64,000 nucleotides of DNA from an uncultured Verrucomicrobiota bacterium (lineage in GTDB: Bacteria; Verrucomicrobiota; Verrucomicrobiia; Limisphaerales; UBA1319). Below the pieces are notes generated by a model. The model saw only the letters and a list, made by a program, of their open reading frames with translations. It did no database searches and was not told the origin of the DNA. The DNA is taken from positions 8,429 through 72,428 of the forward strand of contig CAYPCQ010000025.1 of the NCBI GenBank assembly GCA_964409245.1, read 5' to 3'. Every line of letters starts with the position of its first letter. Positions within the stretch are counted from its first letter, which is position 1. Below are positions 23,691-33,749 of the stretch, one piece after another. A program made the position numbers and the translations under genes.

Positions 23691-26600
23691 GGCTGCGGCT
23701 TGGAAACCGGGGTGATTCCAGGCTCCACCGCGGCCGCGGATTTCGAACGGGCGGAGCGGACCCACTCGATGGCGTCGTCAAACAAGGAGTAGAACACCGG
23801 TATGGCCAGCAGCGTCAGCAGCAGGGACAGCGTCTGCCCCCCCACCACAACCCCGGCCGCGGCGTTATGGAAGGCGCTGCCGATACCGGAGGCCATCATC
23901 ATGGGGACCATGCCCGCCACAAAGGCGCCCGTGGTCATCAGGATGGGGCGCAAGCGGTCCCGGTTCGCGGTGAGGATGGCCTCCTCACGCGGCACCCCGC
24001 GCTCCCGCAGCTGGTTCATGTGGTCGATCTGGAGGATGCCGTTCTTTTTCACCACCCCGAACAGCACCAGGATCCCCAGCGCGGAAAAGATGTTGAAGGA
24101 CTGCCCCAGCAGGATCAATCCCAGCAGGGCGAAGGGGAGCGTCAGCGGCAGCGCCAGCAGGATGGTGGCCGGATGCAGCCAGGATTCAAACTGGGCGGCG
24201 AGGATCAGGTACATGAACACAAACGCGAGCAGGAAGGCGGTGATAAAACGCGAGACGACCTGCTTCATCTCCTTGCTGCGTCCGGTGGGGCCGGTGAAAT
24301 ATTCGGCGGATAGCTGCTGTTTTTTCACGATGTCTTCCACGCCGTCCAGGACCGCCTGTTCGCTGAAGCCGGGCGCCGTGTTGGCCAGCAGGGTTACCTG
24401 GCGCCGCCGGTTGAGCCGGTTGATCTGGGCGGGGCCATCCTGGGCGCCCAGGCGCACCACGTTCATCAACGAGACCGGCACCGCGGCCGGCGCGGGAACC
24501 GACACCAGGCTCAGCGCCTGGGGATCGTCGCGGAATTTTTCACCGGCGCGGAGCCGGATGTCGTATTGCTCCCCGCCCTCCTCGTAGGTGGAGACCTCCA
24601 GGCCGCCCACCAGCAGCCGCAGGGTGTTCGACAGATCCGCGATGCTGATCCCCATCTGCCCGGCTTTGCTGCGGTCGGCGGTCACGGTGATTTCCGGCTT
24701 GCCGGTGATCAAATCCGAATCCACATCCCGGATGCCAGGCAGTTTTTTCATCTCGCGGGTGGCGGCGGCGGCCACCTCGGTGAGCCGCTCCAGGCTGGGG
24801 CCGGCGATCACATATTGCATCGTGGAGCTGGCCATGCCGGTGTTGAAAGGCGGAACCTCCTGCACGCTCACCCGCAGCTCGGGCGGCAGCAGCGGCAGCA
24901 GCTCGCGGCGGACCTGATCCATGATCTGGACCTGGCCTTTCTTCCGGCGGGAGGGATCGCACAGCCGGACGTAAATGGTGGCCAGGTTGGGCGTGCGCTG
25001 GTCATTGTCCCCGATGGTCGCCAGCGTGTATTCGACTTCCGGCAAGCGGCGCACCTCCTGGGCAATTTGTTCGGCCAGCAGGTCGGTGCCCGCCAGGCTG
25101 TTTCCCTCCGGGGCGCGCACGCTGACCAGGAATTGGGCTTCTTCGTTGGGGGGCAGGAAGTCCTTGCCGACCGATTTCATCAAGGGGCCGCAGGAAAACA
25201 TGGCGGCCAGGGAACCCAGGACCACCACCCAGCGGTGGTGCAGAGCGCGTTTGAGCAGCCAGATATAGCCGCGCTCCAGGGGGCGGTAAAACAGGTTCAC
25301 CAGGTGCTCCAGGCGCTGGTCCAGGCCCGCCCGCCCGCCGGCTTTGAACAGCCGCGCCGCCAGCGAAGGCGCCAGGGTGAAGCTGACCAGCAGGGAGACG
25401 GCAATGGAAAAAGACATCGTCAGCCCGAAGCTTTTCAGGAACATGCCGACGATGCCGCCCAGGAACGCCACCGGCAGGAAGACGGCGATCAACGACAAGG
25501 TCGAGGCCATGACCGCCATGCCGATCTCCTGGGTGCCGATCACGGCCGCCGCGTGAGGCTCCTCGCCGTGTTCCTCGACGTGCTTGAAGATGTTCTCCAC
25601 CACGATGATGGCGTCATCGATCACGATGCCCACCGCCAGGGCCAGCGCCAGCAGGCTGATCTCGTTCAAGGTGAGATTGGCCACCCACATGATGCCGAAG
25701 CTGGAAATGATGGAGGTGGGGATGGCCAGGGCGGAGATGATCGTGGCGCGGCTGTTGCCCAGGAACAGCAGCACCACCAGCGCCGCCAGCAGGGCGCCGA
25801 GCAGCAGGTGCTCCTTGACCACGCCGGTGCTGGTGCGGATGACCAGCGAATTATCCCGGACCACGTCAACCCGGCAGCCCTCCGGCAGCAGCTTCTTGAT
25901 GCTTTCCACACGGTCTTTGATGGCGTCCACCACGGTGATGGTGTTTTCACCCGATTGGCGCCGGATGGAGAGCAGGACCGTGCTCACCCCGTTTTTCCGG
26001 GCCACCGAATCAGCCTCCTGTTCCCCATCTTCCACGCGGGCCACATCTTCCACCCGGATCAGCCGGCCGTTTTGCCGCCGCACCACCAGCCGGGCGATTT
26101 CCGCGATGGATTCGGCCTTGCCGCGCACCCGCAGGTTGCGTTCGTTGGCGTGGTTCTTGATCGAGCCGCTGGGGATCTGCACGTTCTGCTGCTCGAAGGC
26201 GCGCTGCACATCCACCCCGGTCAAGCCGAAGGCCTGCAGCCGGATCGGATCCAGCCAGACGTTGATCTGCCGCTTGCGCCCGCCCAGCAGCGTGACCTGG
26301 CCCACACCGGGGACGCCTTCGATCTGCCGCCGCAAAACCTTGTCCGCATACTCCGTGATTTCCCGCACCGGCCGGTCGGCCACCAGGGCCAGGTTCAAGA
26401 CCGGGGACGAATCCGGATCCAACTTTTCGACAATCGGCTGGTCGATGCCTTTGGGCAGCTGGGACAAAACCCGGTTCACGCGGTCGCGCACTTCCTGGGC
26501 CGCCACATCGATGTTTTTATCCAGCACGAACGAAACGATGATCTGCGAGATGCCCTCGCTGGAGAACGATCGCAAATCGTCGATGCCGGCGATGGTGTTG

Positions 26601-26815
26601 ACCGCTTCCTCAATCTTATCCGTCACCTCCGCCTCGATTTCCTTCGGCGTGGCCCCGGCCAGGCGCGTGAGCACCGAAACGTTGGGGAAATCCACCTTGG
26701 GGAAACGATCCACGGAGAGCCGGGAGTAGCCGGCCAGGCCGATCACCACGAACACCAGCACGATCACCGAGGCGAACACCGGCCTTTTGACACATACCGC
26801 CGCGAGCCATTGCAT
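23684..26815 (-). CDS. RND efflux transporter permease (AcrB/HAE1-like)
   Basis: 1043 aa with 12-TM RND architecture. N-terminus MQWLAAVCVKRPVFASVIVLVFVVIGLAGY..VDRFPKVDFP; also AVGIVIDDAIIVVENI. Confidence 0.95.
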   Translation of the reverse strand: MQWLAAVCVKRPVFASVIVLVFVVIGLAGYSRLSVDRFPKVDFPNVSVLTRLAGATPKEIEAEVTDKIEEAVNTIAGIDDLRSFSSEGISQIIVSFVLDKNIDVAAQEVRDRVNRVLSQLPKGIDQPIVEKLDPDSSPVLNLALVADRPVREITEYADKVLRRQIEGVPGVGQVTLLGGRKRQINVWLDPIRLQAFGLTGVDVQRAFEQQNVQIPSGSIKNHANERNLRVRGKAESIAEIARLVVRRQNGRLIRVEDVARVEDGEQEADSVARKNGVSTVLLSIRRQSGENTITVVDAIKDRVESIKKLLPEGCRVDVVRDNSLVIRTSTGVVKEHLLLGALLAALVVLLFLGNSRATIISALAIPTSIISSFGIMWVANLTLNEISLLALALAVGIVIDDAIIVVENIFKHVEEHGEEPHAAAVIGTQEIGMAVMASTLSLIAVFLPVAFLGGIVGMFLKSFGLTMSFSIAVSLLVSFTLAPSLAARLFKAGGRAGLDQRLEHLVNLFYRPLERGYIWLLKRALHHRWVVVLGSLAAMFSCGPLMKSVGKDFLPPNEEAQFLVSVRAPEGNSLAGTDLLAEQIAQEVRRLPEVEYTLATIGDNDQRTPNLATIYVRLCDPSRRKKGQVQIMDQVRRELLPLLPPELRVSVQEVPPFNTGMASSTMQYVIAGPSLERLTEVAAAATREMKKLPGIRDVDSDLITGKPEITVTADRSKAGQMGISIADLSNTLRLLVGGLEVSTYEEGGEQYDIRLRAGEKFRDDPQALSLVSVPAPAAVPVSLMNVVRLGAQDGPAQINRLNRRRQVTLLANTAPGFSEQAVLDGVEDIVKKQQLSAEYFTGPTGRSKEMKQVVSRFITAFLLAFVFMYLILAAQFESWLHPATILLALPLTLPFALLGLILLGQSFNIFSALGILVLFGVVKKNGILQIDHMNQLRERGVPREEAILTANRDRLRPILMTTGAFVAGMVPMMMASGIGSAFHNAAAGVVVGGQTLSLLLTLLAIPVFYSLFDDAIEWVRSARSKSAAAVEPGITPVSKPQPQ

Positions 26816-26834
26816 ATGCTTATGATCCCTTCCC

Positions 26835-27935
26835 TTAAAGCTGCACCGGCCGGCCGTTTTTCAACTCCCGGGAGGGGTTGAGAACCACTTTTTCGCCTTT
26901 GGCCAGGCCGTGCCGGATGTGCACCCAATCCCCGGCCGTTTCCCCGATGTCCACCAACCGCTCCGCCAGGCGCCCGTTTTGGACGACCAGCACTTTGCAC
27001 GAAGAATCGTCCCGGCGCAGCGCGGATTGGGGGACCGCCAGCCCCGGCGCATCCTCCAGCAGCAGCCGGGCGGAGGCGAACATGCCGGGGCGCAGCCGCA
27101 GGTCGCGGTTGTCCACTTCCGCTTCAATCACGAGATCCCGCGAAGCCTCGCGGACGGCGGCGCCGACATGTTTGATTTTTCCGGAAAAGGTGGTCTCCGG
27201 ATGGGCGCTGACGGCAAAGGCGAGCTGGCGGCCCGCGGCCACCTTGGCCACCACCGGCTCCGGCACATACAGCTCCAGCCGCAGCCGCTCCATGGCCACC
27301 AGCCGCGCGACGCCGGTCTCCAGCCGCACGTATTCCCCCGCCTGCACCAACCGTTCGGAGATGATCCCGCCAAAAGGGGCGGTGATCGTCATATCCCCCA
27401 GGTTTTTGCGGGCGGCATCCAGCCGCACCAGGGCCGCCTGGAGGTCCGCCTTGCGCGCCTGCGACTCGGCATGGAAACGCTGGAAATCGGCCTCGGCAAT
27501 CGCTTTGGTTTTAACCAGGGGTTCGTTGCGGTCCAGATCCCCCCGCGCGAGTTCCGAGCGGGCTTTGGCCAATTCCACCATCGCCTCCGCCTCCCGCAAA
27601 GCGAGCTGCGCCGCCCGGCTATCCAGCTGCACGAGCGTGTCGCCCTTGGCCACCGTGGCGCCCCGCTCAATGGGGCAGGCTGTCACTTTTCCCGCCGCAT
27701 CCGCCGCCACCAGCGATTCCCGGTCCGCTTTGAGTTCGCCGGTCAGCAGCAGGTAGCTGGGGATATTGCGCTCCTCCACCGGCACCAGGGCCACCGTGGC
27801 CGGCGCTTCCGCGGGAGGGGGTGGGGCGGCCGCAGCCGGGGCTTTTTGGCTGGCCGTGGCGAACGCGGCGATGGCCGCGATGGCCACCAGGCCACCCGCG
27901 GCGAGCATCAGTTTTTGCACGGTTTTCATAAGCAA
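26835..27935 (-). CDS. RND efflux periplasmic adaptor (membrane fusion protein)
   Basis: Signal/anchor LMLAAGGLVAIAAIAAFATA, HlyD-like coiled-coil hairpin, and the barrel-sandwich motif ITAPFGGIISERLVQAGEYV. Confidence 0.92.
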   Translation of the reverse strand: MLMKTVQKLMLAAGGLVAIAAIAAFATASQKAPAAAAPPPPAEAPATVALVPVEERNIPSYLLLTGELKADRESLVAADAAGKVTACPIERGATVAKGDTLVQLDSRAAQLALREAEAMVELAKARSELARGDLDRNEPLVKTKAIAEADFQRFHAESQARKADLQAALVRLDAARKNLGDMTITAPFGGIISERLVQAGEYVRLETGVARLVAMERLRLELYVPEPVVAKVAAGRQLAFAVSAHPETTFSGKIKHVGAAVREASRDLVIEAEVDNRDLRLRPGMFASARLLLEDAPGLAVPQSALRRDDSSCKVLVVQNGRLAERLVDIGETAGDWVHIRHGLAKGEKVVLNPSRELKNGRPVQL

Positions 27936-27983
27936 CTATCGGGCTTCGGATTACAAAGTTTCAGGGCGCCGGCGCCGGGTTCC

Positions 27984-28538
27984 TCAAGGCTGGGTGCGAG
28001 CCGCCACGCAATGCCGGATTCCGCCCAGGATGAAATCGGCCAGGAGGTCAGCCAGCCGGGCCACTTCTCCAGGCCCATTGGGGCGCTTGAAGCCGAGGCG
28101 CTCCAGGACCAGATGGGCGTGATCATAGTGGAGGCAGGCGCCGATCACGTTATGGCAGAGGATTTGGCGAAGCTCGGCCGGGAGGCCCGGGCCGGTCAGG
28201 GCCGTCACAATGTCCAGGACCCGGTCCCGGATGGGCCGGATGAACAGCGTCACCAATTCGCCCAGGAAAGAAGTCGGCTGGATCATTTCCCGGGCGATGA
28301 TGAGCGCCAGCTGGGGGCGTTTGGTCTGTTTGAAGACAAAGGCGCGCAGGAAAAAATGCACCCACTGGCGCAAGGCTTCCTCCGCTTTTTGCCCCGGGAC
28401 CGGCAGCGGCATGGCCTCGTTTTCGATCATCTGGCTGTGGGACGAAATCAACACCTCCCGGTAAAGCCCCTGCTTGTTCGTGAAATAATACTTGATGGCG
28501 GCGAGGTTCGCGCCGGCCTTGGCGCAAATCTCGCGCAA
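27984..28538 (-). CDS. TetR/AcrR-family transcriptional regulator (canonical-start model is N-terminally short)
   Basis: Recognition-helix region REICAKAGANLAAIKYYFTNKQGLY. The longest ORF with an ATG/GTG/TTG start begins at TTG 28538. In-frame upstream codons up to a TAA at 28668..28670 encode the expected helix 1 (ARLLKTAAGCFARHGYEKAGL). Confidence 0.85.
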   Translation of the reverse strand: MREICAKAGANLAAIKYYFTNKQGLYREVLISSHSQMIENEAMPLPVPGQKAEEALRQWVHFFLRAFVFKQTKRPQLALIIAREMIQPTSFLGELVTLFIRPIRDRVLDIVTALTGPGLPAELRQILCHNVIGACLHYDHAHLVLERLGFKRPNGPGEVARLADLLADFILGGIRHCVAARTQP

Positions 28539-28651
28539 ACCGGCCTTCTCATAACCATGGCGCGCGAAGCATCCCGCCGCTGTTTTCAGCAGGCGGGCCT
28601 TGCGTTCCTCCGCATCCTTGTATTTCCTCGCGCGTTTCAGGTTATACGCCT

Positions 28652-28675
28652 GATTATAAACAATCGTTTATGATC
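28652..28675. promoter_or_regulatory. palindromic operator-like site upstream of the TetR-MFP-RND operon
   Basis: GATtATAAAC-AATC-GTTTATgATC, with perfect 6-bp arms ATAAAC/GTTTAT at 28656..28661 and 28666..28671. Located at the 5' edge of the TetR reading frame. Confidence 0.5.
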
Positions 28676-28837
28676 GAGCGGGGAATGCCTACCGGGGTGG
28701 AGGGTGTTTGTCAAGCTGCGGATCCGCCTGGCGAAACCCCGGGGTGCGGGCAGGACACTCACTCCCTTGGGCGCCGCCGTTGAATTTCCGAACGGTTTGC
28801 CGGCGGGCAGAGGACCGCCCGGCCAGCGTGTGCCCTT

Positions 28838-31800
28838 TCACTTCTCCTCGCCAGTGACCACAAACCAGGTCACTCCGCGGGGCGGCAGGGTGACCGTCAG
28901 CGCCACGTTGTATTCCCGGTCCAGCTCGTAGCGCTGGCGGGTGCCCTCCTGTTCGCGGATCCAGGCCGTGGCCCCCAAGCCGGTGTAATACAGGGGCAGG
29001 CGCACGGTGCGGGTGATGGTTTCACCCAGGGGATTGAAGAACAGCACCAGCCCTTTCTCCGGCAGCTGCGGATTGGCGTGCATTAGGCAGTCGATATCCC
29101 GGCCGTCAGGCCGCCGCACATGGATGATGTCCGAGGTGAGGATGGGCCGGTAGCGCTTGTACCACCCCAGCCATTTCGCCACCATCTGCCGGGTGCGTTC
29201 GGTGTCGTAGAGGCGGTGGGCGCGCAGATTGGCCTGGCAGCCCGAACCCAGCAGCTGGACCAGGTTCAGCTCATACCATTGGAGGTTTTGGTCCAGCGGC
29301 TCGAGCATCGCGCGGGGATCGTCTGTGTAGGTCCCGATCAGGCCGAGGCCCATGCCGCCCATGGTCGGGGGCTTGATCCACGTGCCGTCATAGATGTATT
29401 GGCGGTAGAGCAGCAGCCCCAGCTCGCGGGGCAGGTTGGCGCTGGCCTCGCGGAAGCCCAGGCTGGTGCTGGACTGCCCGTTCCAGAAATACCAGTCGGG
29501 CGCCCCGGCGGACATCCCCCGGCGCTGCTCCTCCTCGAACATCGCCTTCTGGCGCTGCCACTGCACCCATTGCGAATCCGCCAGGCCCCGGTGATGCAGG
29601 TGGTTGGTGGCGGCGCACGGGCAGCCGTGGTAAGGGCCATCGACGGCGATATTCATGAACCCGGTCTGGTCGATGAATTTCCAGACCCGGCCGAAATAAT
29701 CGTCGGCCCACCGGGTGCCCAGGCAGAGGGACTGGCCAAAGGGGCTGCCCGGTTTGCCGGTGGCCGGATCCACACAATCGTGCGCCGCGCCGCGCCCGCG
29801 CGAGGCCACCATCAGCTCGTAGCCGCTCATGATGATGCCCCTGGCCTTGGCATAATCCGCCAGGGCCTTCCACTTGGCCACGTAAGCCGGGTCCAGGTTA
29901 TCGTGGCTCACGCCCGGCCAGCACGTTATGATGTAGGCCTCCAAGCCCAGCTCGCCCATCTGGTCGAGGAGTTTCCTGATCAGGGTGTCGTCATGGGAAG
30001 GCGACCCCGCCGCCAGCAGGCTTTCATTGACCTGCGGGCAGAGGGTGCGGTACATCCGCCGCACGCCCAGCGAGCGCCGTTCCCGGTCGCTGCTGTCCTG
30101 GAGCAGCTCGAAGGTGATGTGCGATTCAAACCGCCGGCCGGCCGCCACCCGCTCCGCGGGGCCGGAGGGGATCCGGCTGACCATCAGGTTGCGGAAGGTG
30201 TGCCCCAGGAACTTGTCCTCAATGGCCGTCGGGTGCGCCCACGAATCGTGCTCGGGGTCCACCCGCCAGTCCGTGGTGGTGCGCCCGGCGCGGTAGGCCG
30301 GGGCATCCCACTGGATGGCCTGGGAATGGTCGCCCATGGCGTGGCAATCGTCCGGGGCGTGGTTGGCGAGGTGGAAGGAGTAATCGCTTTCGGAATGGAG
30401 GTTGTTGATCTGGTCCTGCGGCACCGCGAGGAGTTCCGTCTCAATCTCTTCCACCAGCACGGGGCTGTCCGTCCCTGTCTCCAGGGTGAAGGCCTTCGAC
30501 AGCACAGGAATGCCCTCATACAGCTCGTAATGCACGGTAAGCCGCAGCTGCCGGTGCCGGGGATCCGCCGCGTCCGGCGAAGCATAGTGCATGGACACCC
30601 GCAGCCCGCGGGGCGGCCAGGGGAGAGCGGGGGCGTTGAACTTGGGCCGCCACGGGTGGCGTTCGCCCGGCTGCCCGGTGGTCAGGCCGGTGAAACGGAA
30701 TTTATTGGGCGCGCTGCGCATCGTGGTGAGCCATTCCTCCACCAGGTAGCTGCGCTCCGGCTGGCCCACCAGCCCCCCCACCTCATACCAGATCCCGTCC
30801 AGCTTGATCCGCATCTCCGGCTTCACCGCGCGGATGAACTCCGCCCCGTTGCCCAGCTGGCGGTAGCTGTAGCAGGCCAGGTTGGGCCCCGCGTAAAATG
30901 AGCGGCTCACCAGCCCGTTGCCCAGCGCCAGCCGCGCGGACCGCCCGTCCGCCGCCGGCTCCACCTGCAGCCGCACCGGCTGGCCGGGCGGCCGGATCAG
31001 CCAATCCCCCGCGGCGGGCGTGGGGTCAAGCTTCCCAACCACCACCAGCCCCGGCTGGGGCTGGCCCAGGCTCCTGATGAAGGCCGCCTGCTCCTCCCGC
31101 CGCCGCTGCGCGGTTTTCAGCCGTTCCTCGTTGTCCAGCAGGAAATCCCCCGCCGGATCGAACCGGCCCGGCGCGAAAGTGAACACGCGCACGGCGTGCA
31201 CCAGCCCCTTGAAATGCTCGTCCGGGCCCGCCGAGGTGCCGATCTGGAACTGCGGCGCCACCGAGGGCGTGGGGGCCGCCGACCGCACCCGCTCGCCGTT
31301 CAAGTAAGCGGCCAGTTCCCGCCCGTCGTTGACCAGCGCCAGGTGGGTCCATTGCCCGGGCATCACCGGGCCGAGATCAAACGCGCCCACGCACCCCACG
31401 AAGGCCACCCACCGATCCCCCATCTGGCCCAGCACATAGCCCAAACCGCCATGGCCGTTGGCCACGATTCCCTTCAAGCCCTTGGCCGACTGCTCCGCAG
31501 CCCGGACCCATACCTCCAGGCCAAACCGGTCGTTGGCCCCGAACAGCGCCCCCTTCCTCACGTAGGCCGCGTGTTCGCCGTCGAACTCCATCGCTCCCGT
31601 CCCCCGGGCGAAGGGCGCCGCCGGGGCCGAAGCCAGGAAGCGCGGATTGCCCTCCCGCCGCAGCTCCTGGCCCTTGCCGGTCTCATCCCGCAGGATCTCC
31701 GGCCCGCCCGCATACGTCACCTGCGGCATCCCGGCCCCGAGCCGGTAATCCGCGATCAGCTCGATGGCGCCCCGGGCGGCCGCCGCCCAGCCCAGCCAGC

Positions 31801-31858
31801 CCCACGCCGCCACGCCCGCGAGCGCCCAAACCCCGCATCGGAAATTTGCTTTGTTCAT
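28838..31858 (-). CDS. secreted LamG/concanavalin-like domain protein fused to a large glycosidase-like region
   Basis: ORF 28838..31936 trimmed to ATG 31858 (MNKANF). Signal peptide VWALAGVAAWGWLGWAAAARG. LamG pattern FGLEVWVRA..WVAFVG..WTHLALVNDGRELAAYLNGERV. The roughly 700-aa C-terminal region has TIM-barrel-like motifs (AKARGIIMSGYEL, NIAVDGPYHG), but the family is not identified. Confidence 0.7.
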   Translation of the reverse strand: MNKANFRCGVWALAGVAAWGWLGWAAAARGAIELIADYRLGAGMPQVTYAGGPEILRDETGKGQELRREGNPRFLASAPAAPFARGTGAMEFDGEHAAYVRKGALFGANDRFGLEVWVRAAEQSAKGLKGIVANGHGGLGYVLGQMGDRWVAFVGCVGAFDLGPVMPGQWTHLALVNDGRELAAYLNGERVRSAAPTPSVAPQFQIGTSAGPDEHFKGLVHAVRVFTFAPGRFDPAGDFLLDNEERLKTAQRRREEQAAFIRSLGQPQPGLVVVGKLDPTPAAGDWLIRPPGQPVRLQVEPAADGRSARLALGNGLVSRSFYAGPNLACYSYRQLGNGAEFIRAVKPEMRIKLDGIWYEVGGLVGQPERSYLVEEWLTTMRSAPNKFRFTGLTTGQPGERHPWRPKFNAPALPWPPRGLRVSMHYASPDAADPRHRQLRLTVHYELYEGIPVLSKAFTLETGTDSPVLVEEIETELLAVPQDQINNLHSESDYSFHLANHAPDDCHAMGDHSQAIQWDAPAYRAGRTTTDWRVDPEHDSWAHPTAIEDKFLGHTFRNLMVSRIPSGPAERVAAGRRFESHITFELLQDSSDRERRSLGVRRMYRTLCPQVNESLLAAGSPSHDDTLIRKLLDQMGELGLEAYIITCWPGVSHDNLDPAYVAKWKALADYAKARGIIMSGYELMVASRGRGAAHDCVDPATGKPGSPFGQSLCLGTRWADDYFGRVWKFIDQTGFMNIAVDGPYHGCPCAATNHLHHRGLADSQWVQWQRQKAMFEEEQRRGMSAGAPDWYFWNGQSSTSLGFREASANLPRELGLLLYRQYIYDGTWIKPPTMGGMGLGLIGTYTDDPRAMLEPLDQNLQWYELNLVQLLGSGCQANLRAHRLYDTERTRQMVAKWLGWYKRYRPILTSDIIHVRRPDGRDIDCLMHANPQLPEKGLVLFFNPLGETITRTVRLPLYYTGLGATAWIREQEGTRQRYELDREYNVALTVTLPPRGVTWFVVTGEEK

Positions 31859-32092
31859 CCAGGGATCATGGCTGACCCATCTGCCCATGGCAAGCCAAGG
31901 GGAGGTTCCGGGCAGCCGGTTTTTGATCTGCGCCACGAGAAGTTCATCGGCGCGCCCGGCCTCGCACTATATTGAGGGCCGGCGGGGGATTGGATTTCCA
32001 GAAGGCTCGGCGGCGGGCAGCAGAGGGTTCCCCAGGCGGATGGGCGGGTGAACTTCAAGATCCCCCCCCAATCCGCCCGATCACTTCGGTGG

Positions 32093-33205
32093 TTACGCGG
32101 CGGCTATCCGCTTTTTGCGTTCCTGTCCCAAGGCGTCAGCGGCGATCATCGCATCGACGATCATTTCCGAGGTCACCTTGAAGGGGTGATTTGCGCACAG
32201 GGAACCGGTACCGGCACAGATATCGCCCACCGTCTTGAGACGTTCCCGCGCCACGCCCGAAAGGCCGATCTCGGCGAAGGTGACCGGCAGGCCGACGGCG
32301 ATCATGAAATCCACAATCCGGTACATTTCGTCAGTGGGCATGGTCTCATCGAGGCAGAACTGGCTGATGATGCCGAAAGCGACCTCCTCGCCGTGCATGA
32401 GGCCGTGGCATTCGGGGAAGCCGGGCAGGCAATTGGCGATCATGTGCGCGGTGGCGACCCCGCAGCTTTCAAAGCCCAGACCCGACATCAGGATGTTGGC
32501 CTCGATGACTTTCTCGACCGCGTGGGTGACCAGTTTCCGCTCGACGGCGCGCCGGGCTTCGACCCCGTATTCCATCAGCGTGTCGTAGCCCAGGCGGGCG
32601 ATGGCCATGGCCACCAGCGTGGAACGGCCGCCCGCGAGGTTGGGGCCGCAGGTGGATTGGACCACCTCCGCCTCCACCCAGGTCGATAAGGCGTCGCCCA
32701 TGCCCGCCACAAAGGAACGCACGGGCGCCTCGGCGATCACCTGGCTGTCCACCAGCACGAGGTCGGGATTGACCCCCCAGCTCTCGAATCCGAGGCAGGC
32801 CCCTTTTTCGTCATACCAGACAGTGTAGGAACTGGTGGGGGAGTCCGTGGAGGCCACGGTGGGGCAGGAAACCATTTTGAGGCCGGTGGCGGCCGCGGCG
32901 GCCTTGGCGGTATCCAGCGTCTTGCCGCCGCCGAGGCCCACAATGACATCCGCGCCGCAGTCCCTGGCGATTTGCGCCACCCGGGCCGCCTCGGCCTTGG
33001 TGGAGTCGCCGCGGAAATCGACGTCGGAGATTTCCAAGGCAGCCTCTTTGAGGCTGGCCAGGAAACGTTCGCCGAGGATGCTCTTGACGCGGGCATCCCA
33101 CAGGACGATCGGTTTTTTGCCGACGAGCTTGATCAAGGCGCCGGCTTCGCTCAGCAAATTGCGGCCCTGCACATATTTTCGGGGCGCGATAAAAGTCAGG
33201 TTCAT
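32093..33205 (-). CDS. gldA: glycerol dehydrogenase (iron-containing alcohol dehydrogenase family)
   Basis: VIVGLGGGKTLDTAKAAA, metal-binding His cluster ATAHMIANCL..HGLMHGEEVAFG, 370 aa. Confidence 0.88.
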   Translation of the reverse strand: MNLTFIAPRKYVQGRNLLSEAGALIKLVGKKPIVLWDARVKSILGERFLASLKEAALEISDVDFRGDSTKAEAARVAQIARDCGADVIVGLGGGKTLDTAKAAAAATGLKMVSCPTVASTDSPTSSYTVWYDEKGACLGFESWGVNPDLVLVDSQVIAEAPVRSFVAGMGDALSTWVEAEVVQSTCGPNLAGGRSTLVAMAIARLGYDTLMEYGVEARRAVERKLVTHAVEKVIEANILMSGLGFESCGVATAHMIANCLPGFPECHGLMHGEEVAFGIISQFCLDETMPTDEMYRIVDFMIAVGLPVTFAEIGLSGVARERLKTVGDICAGTGSLCANHPFKVTSEMIVDAMIAADALGQERKKRIAAA

Positions 33206-33333
33206 AAACGAGTTTTTTCCAGAAGAGTTCAGGTTGATCGGACTCCGCCACCAGGCGCGGAGCCACCGGGTGGCTCCGCGCGCGGTGAGGGTTTTGAATG
33301 GCCGTCAGTAATCCAAGTTATGGGGTCCGGGCC

Positions 33334-33735
33334 TCAAGCTTCCATCTGCTTGAAGAGACCGCCGCTGTCGAAGATTTCCCAAGCCTCGGCCAGCTTGCCG
33401 TTTTCCACGCGGAAGGTGCTGATGGCGGGGCAGCGGATCGGATTGCCCTTGGGCTTGAAGCCGGCGAACTCGCCGGTGTGCCGGGCCAGGAGGGCGAAGT
33501 GGCAATCCACCTTGTCGCCTTCGGCGAGCAGAAAATCGAATTCGATCTTCATGTCGCTGAAAACGCCGCCGAGGATGCCCGTGAAAAACTGGCGCACGCC
33601 GGCCGGGCCGGGGGGCAGGCCGGGCGGGAAATGATGATCCACGAAACCAGCGCTGACGACTTGGTCAATCCCCGCCAAGCCGCTCATCGCCTCGGCGTAA
33701 TAACGCCGGACCAGATCCTTGTTCGCTTGCGACAT
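33334..33735 (-). CDS. SnoaL-like / predicted ester cyclase family protein
   Basis: ORF 33334..34026 trimmed to ATG 33735 (MSQANKDLVRRYYAEA). Typical ester-cyclase N-terminus and the C-terminal segment FRVENGKLAEAWEIFD. Confidence 0.75.
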   Translation of the reverse strand: MSQANKDLVRRYYAEAMSGLAGIDQVVSAGFVDHHFPPGLPPGPAGVRQFFTGILGGVFSDMKIEFDFLLAEGDKVDCHFALLARHTGEFAGFKPKGNPIRCPAISTFRVENGKLAEAWEIFDSGGLFKQMEA

Positions 33736-33749
33736 ATGACGCCTCAGGG

